A DNA stretch of 64,000 nt. Source: Blepharisma stoltei ATCC 30299. Its lineage: Eukaryota; Protista; Ciliophora. The stretch lies in contig CBFDEM010000022.1 in NCBI GenBank assembly GCA_965603825.1, positions 310,001 through 374,000 of the forward strand, written 5' to 3'. The position numbers were made by a program, and so were the translations under genes. Positions 35,724-46,058 of this stretch are shown in pieces. Each line of letters starts with the position of its first letter. Position 1 is the stretch's first letter. Below the pieces are notes generated by a model, which ran no database searches, was not told the origin of the DNA, and worked only from the letters and a program-made list of their open reading frames with translations.

Positions 35724-37127
35724 ATGGGAAATTCTCCTCATCGGAGTATTTCAGATCCATCTGGGTCTTCCTCGCAGTCCTTAATAGGTTATGATTCTCC
35801 TTCATCAAATAGCTTTACTATAAAATCAGCTCCTTTAAGTGATACTCACTCAAACAAAGACCCAGGCGAAATAAATGATATTGATGAATTGACTATTCAA
35901 GAGGCAAAAACTCATTTAAAAAGTCTAGGGTTTTCATCAACCATGATAAAGCAGGCTTATCTCAGAGGTGCTACATCGATAGAAGGAGCCTTAGATTTAT
36001 TAACAAACGGGAAGCTGGAAGAACAAAATTTTATGTTTTCCTTTACAAATTCATATTGTCCTATCTGCAATGAAAACTTAAATGAAGTTAACCAAGTAGT
36101 CATCCCTTCATGCTTTGATAAATTTTGCAAAAGGTGCGTGACATACTATCTTCAATTGAGAATTGAAGAAGGACAAATTCTATCTATGCCCTGCCCAAGG
36201 CATGATTGCGCAAGTGAAATCCCAATAGAAATTATAAAGAGCTTGCTTCCTCAAAATTTGATGGAAAAGTATGAAAGATTTAAAATTAATGAGGCTTTAG
36301 GGAGAGATCCAAATTTAAAGTGATGCCCAAAACCTGATTGTCAAGGATATGATATCGGGAATATGAATAAAAGCAACCTGACTTGCAACACATGCGGGCA
36401 CCAATTTTGCTACTATTGCCTAGAGCCATGGCACGGGATGAGAAAATGCAAGTCAAAAACTGATTATGAGCTTGACAAATGATCCAAAAAAAAAGGTGTA
36501 AAATTTTGTCCTAATTGTAAAAGACGAATAGAAAAGCGTGAAGGATGCGACCACATGACATGCCCTAAGTGCCGCTATGAGTGATGCTGGGTTTGTGGAA
36601 TGAAATATAATGCAGGCCATTTTGATTCTTGCGAAGTAAAAATCATTAGGAAAAAAAATCCCCCACTATGGGTAGTTTTAGGACTCTATTTTTCACCTAT
36701 TTGTTTTATTTTTTGTGTCATAATTCTTGAAATTATTGCAATAGAAAAAATAATTGAAGATGCAGATAGCCGTTCTAACCATTTGAAAAAAATATTAAAA
36801 ATCAGAGTTTTATCTTATCCAATGGCAATTATATTAGGGATTATTTTTACGCCTTTAGCGTTTGCTTTGGCTCCATTCGTAATTGGAATTGTTGTTATGA
36901 TTGAATGCATGAGAAATTCTAAAATATGCAGTTCTTCTATGGCTGTGGTCTGGGGATGAGTTTTAGGGATTATTTTATCACCAGTTGTAGTGGTATCGAT
37001 TTTTCTTGGGATTGTTATAGGCCATATTGTAGGGCTTGCTTTTATTCTCTTCAAAGCTTATATTGCTGTAAATAGGCTAAAAGATCCAACATATATGAAG
37101 CCCACAGCGAATTATGGAAAATTCTAG
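35724..37127 (+). CDS. RBR (RING1-IBR-RING2) E3 ubiquitin ligase with UBA-like domain and C-terminal TM segments
   Basis: CPIC...CFDKFCKRC...CP..DC; KW(TGA)CPKPDC...C..C.HQFC..C..PWH; CPNC..RIEK.EGCDHMTC..C.YEW(TGA)CWVC; TAG at 37125-37127. Confidence 0.9.
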
Positions 37128-37224
37128 ATACAAAATAATTTCGGATACAGCAGTGATATAACGATTATATTTTATATTAAAAATTTGCAGTATAAATAAT
37201 AAGTATTAATAAGCTCGACATTTT

Positions 37225-38007
37225 TTATGGACTTTCTTTCACCTGACGCTTTTTTCTAGGCTGAGTGTCGACTCCGACTTTTCTTGCTTTGACCACCAAG
37301 TCCTCAATGATTAAAGGCTTTATATAGTCTGCATGCATAGGGACAATAGCCATAAAAAAGCGGCCTTGCCGATAATGAGAAGTTACCTCTTTAATTACAA
37401 CTTTTTGATAATTAACAACTTCGTCTGCTTCTACCTCAACCATACCTCTCATGATCTTATCTCCATTTGCAGTCTTTTCCATTAGTCTTGGTGGATTTTC
37501 GTTCGTGAATAATAAGATTTTGAAATGGACTGGAGTTGATAGTTTGACTTTATTGCCTTCCATATCGGTTACTTGGGCAAGAATATGAAAAGATTTTTCC
37601 TTAAACACTGGGTATGGAATATGGCTAAGCAGCTTAAGGGAATATTCCCAACTTGACGTGCCATTGCATAATTTGTCAAGTAAAAAATCGCTTGATATAG
37701 ATTCATCGTCAGAGATAATTACTGTACAATTCTTTTGAGCTGATTTAAGGAGAGCCAATTCTGAAGTCACCCAATCAAGTTTCTTCATGTTGGATTTGGA
37801 TTGCTCTGAGATCATTTTAAGTATTTCTATCTGATCTTGGTGGCCTCTTATCAGGCATGCTGCAGCACAATTGCTCATCAGGCCACCAGTGAAATTTAGA
37901 GGCTGATATTCTTGGCTGATCGAATTCAAAAATGCAAGCTGGGCCATATCTGCGTTAAACTGGGCGACTTGATCGATATTTTTTTGATCAGTATTAGGTA
38001 GACTCAT
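37225..38007 (-). CDS. Hypothetical nuclear protein, possible CudA/STAT-like DNA-binding fold
   Basis: Intact 260-aa ORF; KVVIKEVTSHY..G.F motif and C-terminal basic PRKKR. Confidence 0.55.
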   Translation of the reverse strand: MSLPNTDQKNIDQVAQFNADMAQLAFLNSISQEYQPLNFTGGLMSNCAAACLIRGHQDQIEILKMISEQSKSNMKKLDWVTSELALLKSAQKNCTVIISDDESISSDFLLDKLCNGTSSWEYSLKLLSHIPYPVFKEKSFHILAQVTDMEGNKVKLSTPVHFKILLFTNENPPRLMEKTANGDKIMRGMVEVEADEVVNYQKVVIKEVTSHYRQGRFFMAIVPMHADYIKPLIIEDLVVKARKVGVDTQPRKKRQVKESP

Positions 38008-39268
38008 ATTTTTATTAATTTATCCAATTAGTGTAAGAAAAGAAATAGCACAATTGACTATTGTGATAAAAAAAAAGTTAACAAATTTGTATTGCTATAC
38101 CAGATTTTTTTATGTTAATTGTCCAATTAACAACAAACCAAAACAAAAGTCTAGTTTTAGTTGCTTTAATATCATGAATTAGAGGCCAACTTATTTTCTT
38201 CGAATTTATTATAAGAAAACATTTTATTAATATTGTTAAAATTCATTTACTAATAAACTCAAGTGTATTATTAACTGTATTACAGAAGACAATTTTATTT
38301 GAATTGCAGCCATTTCGATAATAGAAATTCTGGAAATCATGTCCAAAATTTAGTAAATTTTCTAAAATAGATTGATGCCTTACCAAATCAAAGCCTAGAC
38401 CGTCCATAGCTATGATAAAGATTGATAGGCAGGAAAAATACCAGATAATACTTTGAAAATCTATCATAGATCGAATTTAAAAAAAGATGACAGAGTCTTC
38501 AAAACAATAGCCTAATGATTTTTATGAAGTGAAATTGGAGACTAGGCTGCTCATATGTTGAGCGCAAAGTTGCAAGAGTCTGGAAAGGATAACTTTATTA
38601 CAGTTTTAAGAATTAGCGATAGAAACTTTCATAATGACAAAGAAGATTTGCAATATATGATTAGACGCATCTTGAAATTTTCCATTCCTGTCTTTAAGAT
38701 ATCCAATAGGGAAAAAAAGTTTATTTTTGCTCCAAAGAAGATTTTAGGATAAAGCATAGCTAAATCATTTATTCATTAAAACTCTTTTTAAATCTTTAAA
38801 GAATTTCGTCTAACTAAAAAAATGGTTCTGAAGATAGCAAAACATGTGAGAGAATAAAATTAAAAAATAAATCATCAATAAAATAATAAAGTTTTACCTC
38901 AAATCAGAAAGCATGATTATTAAACTAAACTAATTGACTGAGTATTTGCATATATGCATTATTATTTTTTAGCTTTTTTTTATGCTTAGCCACATCACAA
39001 CAATAAACCTTTAAACATGCAGCAAAAATTAATTACTTTCTATGATAAAATTAGAAAAATAAGTAAAACTTTCATGAATATTATATTATTTCGCAATGTG
39101 ATTTTTTAAATTTTTTATTAGGTAATTTATTGAAAAAAATAAAATAGACAATATTATGAAAAAAATTTGCTGACGTTTGAGATAGTCAAATTATTTATAC
39201 CATTTTTAATCAGATTATTTATAAATATAAATGGCATCTTATAAGCATTATGGATTTTTTATTTTATC

Positions 39269-39955
39269 CTATGGCCAAGCTTGATATAAGGAAATTCCTG
39301 CAGAAACCAAACCTCCTATTCCAATTCATAAGTCTGAAAAATTTTTCCCAAATAAAAGTGTAGGGATATTAGTCCCAAATGCAGAGGCTGGAATTAAGTC
39401 ACCTAGAATTCTTAATAGATTTATGTATAATTGCTTTCTTTCTTTCCTTATTTTCTCAATAACTGCATTATGAGATTCAATTTTAGGTGATCCAAGAGTT
39501 GGATTTTTGCTTTTATAATCATTGACATAATTATGACACAGACTTCTCAAAATGTTTAAAAAAGCAAAAAATAACCCAAAAAACCAGCTTTTCATCGCAG
39601 ATTTTGAATAAAATGGCGTATTGAGATTAATTACTTTGAGTGATGAAAAAGTTGCCAGATTGTCAAAAAAGAAATAAAAGAAGAAGCCAAGCCTCGTAAA
39701 AATTTGCAAAAATTTTGCTGTTCTGTTTAAAGAACTGTCTTGAAAAATTTTATTTATGGCATCAATGTCGTGGATTCCTTTAAAAAGACGAAACATTTTT
39801 CTGGAAAAAGTTGAAGCTGAAAAGAGACCCTGAAATCTTTCTTTTAAGTCTTGATTCTTTAAAAGAGCTTTCAAAAACAAGCTTCCATATTGTAAAATTT
39901 TAAGAAATTTGTCTCTTTCATCTGTTTTATTGCTCTGAATCAAAATCTTATCCAT
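39269..39955 (-). CDS. PEX11: Peroxin PEX11
   Basis: RDKFLKILQY, S.SRKMFRLFK, YFFFDNL, WFFGL, D.IP; C-terminal GIGGLVSAGISLYQAWP after a TGA. Confidence 0.88.
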
Positions 39956-40435
39956 TTAATAATTGGATTTTTTCTAGCTGAGATTAGCTGAATTTTTTCG
40001 TTATATGGTATAAAATACGAATAGAATAAATATCTTAAGGAAAAAATCTTCATTATAATTTTATTAGATTTAGTATGGATTATAAAAACGATAATTTTGC
40101 TATTAAAATAATCTTATTAAAAATAATTGAATTTTTGAGAGATCAATGTATCTTGTAATTTTTTATTATAAAGCTATCTGATTTATTTATCTGAGCAGGA
40201 TTAAGTTAATATTTCATTGCCCAAATGAAATTATTTATAGAAATAGAGCTCTATAAAATTTCTCATTTTCTAGATGATAGTTATATTTTATTTAGATCTT
40301 TCAGAAGTTAAATAAGCAAATAAAAACTAAATTTGATTTAATTTTTATAATCATATTAATATTAAGCCAAAAAAACAATATCTCTCAATAAGTGTTGAAA
40401 ATTATAACCAGATTAGATATCAGTATAAGAAATAA

Positions 40436-41059
40436 ATGGAAATTGTATCCACATGCCCTCATACTTCATGTGTGCTTTCTTCACTAAAAGGTCTTTCCAA
40501 CGGCCTTTCATACGGCGCTAAAGTCCGATTTACTCACTCCCTCGTAATTGCTTTGCTTTTTGGCAGGCAACCATGAATAAAAAGAGTCCAGCAAATAATT
40601 TCAAACACTATTGAGCACTCCACACGCCTAGGCTTATATGTTTTTCTCTATAAAACGATACTATGCATAGTAACAAGAATTAGAAAAGTTAGAACTCCTA
40701 TAAATTCAGCTATTGCTGGTGCTATAGCTGGCTACTGTATGTTTTCAAAAGAAACCAATGTAAATGTGCAGATTATTTTATATTTGTTTTCAAGAGTTCT
40801 GACCTCTGGTGTAGGGCTTTTATATAAGAAAGGATTAATACCAAAATCACTATTTTTAGAAAATACAAATTTTGCGATTTTGACTACTATATGCTGGTCT
40901 ATTGTTATGTATTTATTTGAAGAAAGAAAAGAGTCATTGCAAACGTCATTAGTGCATTCGATGACATTTTTGTATAAGGACTCAGAAGTATGGAAAGATT
41001 GGTATGATGCACTGCCTTTTCCAGATTTTTTTAGGAATTTATTAACTAAACATAAATAA
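40436..41059 (+). CDS. PXMP4: Peroxisomal membrane protein 4 (PXMP4, Tim17 family)
   Basis: KGLSNGLSYGAKVRFTHSLV..LLF, EH...LG.YVFLYK, N.QIILYLFSRV, W..VMYLFE.....LQ.SL..SMTFLY.DS..W. Confidence 0.88.
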
Positions 41060-41234
41060 TCTTTTACAGTATTTTATAATTCTTTACAGAAATATAAAAA
41101 GCAACTATTTATTATCCTTATAATATATTAAGTTATATGACTTAAATTATCTAATAATTAAAATTATTCTTTTTCTTTCTCTGTAAATATCCTTTTATTT
41201 TTTAACAAATTCAAATTTTTCTAAATATAAATTA

Positions 41235-42953
41235 ATGGCTTCACTAAGACTTGGCACTGAAAAGAAACTTGCTGAATTTTTTTCAGTCACTGCACAAGGT
41301 GAGCGTGATGCTGAAAATGCCCGTATTGCCCTCTCAGAAAATCGCGAATTTGATCCTTATGCAGCCTTCAAAGCTCTTGATCGCTTCAATAATGGCTATC
41401 TCAATTACCTAGACATCAAATCGTTTCTTGAAAAAAATCGAATTTTTGCGTCTACCCAAGAAGTTGATTTATTAATCAAACAATACGACTCAGATTCAGA
41501 CAGCCGCCTTATACTTAGCGATTTTCAGCAACTTACATGCCCGTCTACAAGTGTAGCTATCCGCGATCTAGCCATTAGCCGTTCAGGACCACTACGGCTC
41601 TCTTTAGACGTTGAATTTTTGCTTTCTAGATTATTAGAAAAAGAAATAAGCCTACAACGCCGTCTAGAAACAATAAGAAAAGAATTAGAAGCCTCTCCAG
41701 ATTTTTCTATATTTAAAGCTTTTGAGACGATAGATTATCCACCTACAAGTTTTGTAACTCGTAACAAAATTTTCGACTTTTTAAGGAAAAATCTAGTTAG
41801 TGCTTTTAATGATGATATTGATGGGATTTTAAGAAGACTTGACATAGATGGCGATGAAAGATTGTCATACGGGGAATTTTCAGATGCAATTAAATGTGCA
41901 AGTCCAAGTATTGTTGTGCATTCACCTGCAAGGGAAAGCCAAACTGTGAGGCATTCATCACCATTACGAAGATCTCCAAGTCCGAATAGGACAGCTGATA
42001 GAGAATTTAGGACAAGTGGATATTTGGACTCTTCGAGATCTTTAACAAAATCATCATTTTTAGAAACCTCTGGGCTTAAAAGCCCGAGAAGATCACCTAC
42101 AAGATCGCAGTTCTTATCAAGTTCTAATGGCTTTAATAAATCTCTAGAAACTTCTGGGCTTAAAAGTCCACGAAGATCAGGAAATTTAGAAAAATCTTTA
42201 TCAAGATCTCCTACGAGGTCTCAACTTTTATCAAGCTCTAATGGATTCAATAAAACTGCGAGGTCTCAGCCTGAGGAATCTGAAATTGTCAATGTATTTA
42301 TCAAGCAAATCGGCTTAGACCGCGACTTGGAAGCTTCAAGAAGAGACCTTGCTTTATGCTCAGATTTCACACTAATTGATGCTTTCAATATTTTCGATAT
42401 AAATAACTATGGATTTGTCACCCAAGTTGAGTTCGAGGAAGGCCTAAGATCACTCGGAATTTTGCCTATAAAAGATGAAGTCTCATTATTATTTAAACAT
42501 TTTGCCCTTGTTGACAGAAGATTGACTTTTAGTGATTTTTGTAAAATTGTGACAACGAAAGATTTGGAATATTCAAGATTAATTAATGGAAGAATTCCGC
42601 AGAACTTGCCAAGATATGAAAGGAGAAGGACATTCAGATTGAATACAGAAGGCTTGTTTGTGAAAGTAATGAAACTGCTTCTAGAGAACGAAAGTGTAGC
42701 AGAAAGCTTAAGGCAGCAATTAGAGAGAAGGCCATATTTCAGCATTTCTGAAGCTTTTCAATGTGTGGATAAAGATAGAAATGGCTTTATTACATTCGAT
42801 GAATTCCAAGTGTTGCTAGGCGATTATGGTATTTATGTCACAAGAAAAGATGTTGAAAATTTAATGGAAAGATATGACAAAGATAGGGATGGGAGAGTTT
42901 CTTATTCAGAATTTTTAAATGAAGTAACACCTAAATCTCCAAGGAGATACTAA
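41235..42953 (+). CDS. Multi-EF-hand Ca2+-binding protein with SP-rich linker
   Basis: EF loops DRFNNGYL, DSDSDSRL, DIDGDERLSYGEF, DKDRNGFITFDEF, DKDRDGRVSYSEF; two-lobed duplication. Confidence 0.9.
   Translation: MASLRLGTEKKLAEFFSVTAQGERDAENARIALSENREFDPYAAFKALDRFNNGYLNYLDIKSFLEKNRIFASTQEVDLLIKQYDSDSDSRLILSDFQQLTCPSTSVAIRDLAISRSGPLRLSLDVEFLLSRLLEKEISLQRRLETIRKELEASPDFSIFKAFETIDYPPTSFVTRNKIFDFLRKNLVSAFNDDIDGILRRLDIDGDERLSYGEFSDAIKCASPSIVVHSPARESQTVRHSSPLRRSPSPNRTADREFRTSGYLDSSRSLTKSSFLETSGLKSPRRSPTRSQFLSSSNGFNKSLETSGLKSPRRSGNLEKSLSRSPTRSQLLSSSNGFNKTARSQPEESEIVNVFIKQIGLDRDLEASRRDLALCSDFTLIDAFNIFDINNYGFVTQVEFEEGLRSLGILPIKDEVSLLFKHFALVDRRLTFSDFCKIVTTKDLEYSRLINGRIPQNLPRYERRRTFRLNTEGLFVKVMKLLLENESVAESLRQQLERRPYFSISEAFQCVDKDRNGFITFDEFQVLLGDYGIYVTRKDVENLMERYDKDRDGRVSYSEFLNEVTPKSPRRY
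42060..42254 (+). repeat. Intragenic duplications encoding LETSGLKSPRRS x2 and RSPTRSQ(F/L)LSSSNGFNK x2
   Basis: Direct nucleotide repeats at about 42060/42144 and 42090/42204 with mostly synonymous differences. Confidence 0.85.
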
Positions 42954-42964
42954 GTTAAACCCTC

Positions 42965-44329
42965 TTAATTATTTGATTTATTTTTCTTCTTTTTCTTTTT
43001 CTTTTTTTTCGCATCAGGTCCAAGCCCTGGGATAAAATTATCATTTTTTTCTGTATCTTTTGTTTTCCTTTCTTCTTCAAGCCCCATTATCTCTATCTTC
43101 CCTTCTCTTGGTGTCAAAGGCTCCATTTCTATATTTTCTGGCTTTCACTGTATTTCCCAGAGTTCTCCAATCTCAAAATTTGCTAGAATTTCTCCAGTAT
43201 ATTTATATAAGATATACCCATTATTATTCCTGATTCTTGGGCTTAAAATTCCAACAAAAAACATTTTTCCATCCGGTCCCCATTCACAAGAAATTATGTT
43301 GGGAACTCTGCATCTTCCAATAATATTAAAATTTTCTCTTTCGCAAATATCTATATATCCTTGAAGGTTTCCTAATCCTCCTATTAAAAATAAATTTCCA
43401 TATGGATTTCACCTTATCATATTTCTATTATTTTTACCCAAATCTCTAAATTTCCCACCTATTCCTTTGTATAAATTTATCCCGGCAGGAAAAAATCCTG
43501 CAATTGAAATAAATTCATCATTATTTGGAGATCATTTTATATCATGGATAGGGCCTTCATCTAAATTGATTTTCCTAGGAGATTTTCCTTGTGTCATCAC
43601 ATATAAAGCATTTTCTCCAGGATAAACTCGGCCTGTGTTATCAATTTCTGTTTGACAAATTGCTAAGACTCTTGATGCATCACAATTTCATTGAAACGTG
43701 ACAATTTGAGGTTTGGTTATTTGTGATGAGCTGTCTAATTGAAAATTTAGATTTTCATCAGAAATTCAATATGAAATTGAAGGGGATGAGCCTTTAATAT
43801 CCACTGAATAAATCGCAAGTCTATTAGGTAGCTTTGGCGACAATGAATAATTAGCAATCCTAATTTCGTTGAAGCTTCTCAATAAATTTCTTTCTGAAAT
43901 TTGATATATCTGTATTTCATCATTATTTTTGTATAACAAATTTCTATTATCATAAGTAAATACCACTGAAGGCCATAATTCTTTATTATAATTTACTTGG
44001 ATAAAAGAATAAAAAACTTGGCCTGTAGAAATTTCCCACACAAAAAGATTAGGATTTTCTTCAATTTGTTTTTCCCAGGTAACCAAGTAATTTTCGCAAT
44101 GAGAAAAACTGAGTAATTTTATCCCATCATTCCGAGCCCTCATAATTTCACTGAAATTTTTAGTATCAATTACTCTAAGTCCATATAAATCGGCATATGC
44201 AATTTTCTGTCCAGTTGGTGAGCAAGCTGTAGCAAAGCAAGGAGCAGCAAATAAAATTTCATGGGTTCTTGCATTTAAAATCATTAGAGAATCCCTGGTG
44301 CGACATATGATTTCATTTTGATTAATCAT
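42965..44329 (-). CDS. EIF2A: Eukaryotic translation initiation factor 2A (WD-like beta-propeller)
   Basis: QTEIDNTGRVYPGENALY, EGPIHDIKW(TGA)SP, RN.I.W(TGA)NPYG...GGLGNLQG, W.PDG.....LSPRIR.NNGY; TAA at 42965-42967. Confidence 0.85.
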
Positions 44330-44372
44330 TAAAATATTATTAATTATGCTGAAAGAAAAGCCTTCAACATTT

Positions 44373-45200
44373 TTAATTTAAAAATCCATGAGCGCCTTTC
44401 CATGTATATTCCACATGGGTTCTTTTCTTTTTTCTTGTTTTAACAAGATGCTCTTTAGATTTTTTATCAAAATCATTTTTTGGTCCGCGGATTTTTATGA
44501 CGAAGTCATTTCTTGAACCTACTGTTTGAAAAATTGGACTTTTTATTACTGTGTCTGGTGTTTTATCAATTTTATGAGAAAACCATGATTTTATAGCAGT
44601 TTTTTGGTTCGAATAAATTTGGTCTACGGATGAAACCCTTCTATGAGTAGAGGATGGGATCTCTGTAGCTGAGGTTTCGGTGGCTTTTTCTGATGCTTCT
44701 TCATTTTCAATAATTTCTCTTTTTATGCTACTTGGCTTGATTAACTTCATTGTGAGGGTTTTTACTTTTTTTCTAATCACAGTACTTGTTTTGTATATAT
44801 TTTTAGGTGTCTCTTCGTTATCGTGTACCTCTTCATCTCGGACTGGTGCCACTGTAGTTTTTCTTGAAGAAGTAGGAGATGAATAGAGAGGTGAATAAAT
44901 TGGGACAGGCTCATGGGTTGGATGCCTTTTCACACGTCTTTCAAGCTCATTTATGTTGAATTTTGCAACGGTTTGCTGGGGAAATTGTTTAAAGACTGGA
45001 GAATTATATTTCATTGTTTGTGTTCGCACCAAGTTCCTAATCTTCAAAGGTTTAGCAATAGGAGTGCTTGTTTTTGTAAGAAAATGGGAGTCGGGAGAGT
45101 CTGAAGGGCTTCTAGAGTCCAAATTTGTAAGAGGGATTTTGGGGATTTGTTTTAAGGAATTAGCATAGAAATCTTTTTTTGAAGGTTTTAAGGAGTCCAT
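44373..45200 (-). CDS. Hypothetical S/T/K-rich protein
   Basis: Intact 275-aa ORF, TAA stop. Confidence 0.65.
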   Translation of the reverse strand: MDSLKPSKKDFYANSLKQIPKIPLTNLDSRSPSDSPDSHFLTKTSTPIAKPLKIRNLVRTQTMKYNSPVFKQFPQQTVAKFNINELERRVKRHPTHEPVPIYSPLYSSPTSSRKTTVAPVRDEEVHDNEETPKNIYKTSTVIRKKVKTLTMKLIKPSSIKREIIENEEASEKATETSATEIPSSTHRRVSSVDQIYSNQKTAIKSWFSHKIDKTPDTVIKSPIFQTVGSRNDFVIKIRGPKNDFDKKSKEHLVKTRKKKRTHVEYTWKGAHGFLN

Positions 45201-45592
45201 TAGCTGAGATAATCAGTAATTTAGTAAATTATAATCATTTTTATTTAACATATAATTATCGATTGTATGGTTTTTCACCATAATAAAAAACTTGATGATA
45301 TTTTATGTTTAATACTTATGATTTACTTGACTATAATTAAATAATGAAATTGGATTAAAAGTTTTCAAACATGAAGTATTATAAGCAAATTATATTGGAG
45401 ATTTAAACCTACTAACATTTTAATTAGCTAATGCATTATTTAACACTTTGAATTTTATCAAGCCAAGAACGTATTTATAAATATTTTCTTAAAATTTATC
45501 ATATTTCCTTTAAGTTTATTTATTTCTTAAAGTTTTATGGGGGATTTAATTATTCAAATTAAGCCTGATTCAATTTTATTTATTAAACTAAT

Positions 45593-46027
45593 ATGAAGGA
45601 TTCTGTTTTAAGTTTATTCACCCTAACTCTAGAAAGCCTTATAATCGCAGAAATCTATAACTATCGGATGAGAATCCAGTCCGAAATTCCAAAAGAAAAA
45701 ATTGAAGACAGCCCTATTTCTTTAATTCCTACAAATATCCTGTCTATCAATTCATCATTAAGTCTACAAACCCCGGCTAAGGAAGAATTCAAATCAAGTA
45801 AAAAATCAGATAAAACCAAAGAAAACTCGTTGGTTGAAAGTCATGACGGCAAGAATGAGGACGATTTTATATACATTACGCCAAACATGAAGAAATTTAA
45901 TCCTCATAAGAAGCATAAAAAAATTGAGCATCTTCACGATGATGAAAAAATGAAAAAAAGAAGGGAAATGGTGGAGATACTTAACCATCTTGAGTCAGGT
46001 ACAAAAAGAAGAAAAAAACACATTTAA
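45593..46027 (+). CDS. Hypothetical small basic protein
   Basis: Intact 144-aa ORF with AT-rich upstream region. Confidence 0.55.
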   Translation: MKDSVLSLFTLTLESLIIAEIYNYRMRIQSEIPKEKIEDSPISLIPTNILSINSSLSLQTPAKEEFKSSKKSDKTKENSLVESHDGKNEDDFIYITPNMKKFNPHKKHKKIEHLHDDEKMKKRREMVEILNHLESGTKRRKKHI

Positions 46028-46058
46028 ATCATTTTTGGTAATAATAAATAATGAAAAG

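Noticed and set aside
38243-38752. Short ORFs in the long spacer between the CudA-like gene and PEX11
   Set aside because: No motifs, and multiple TAA/TAG in the adjoining frames; at most decayed sequence
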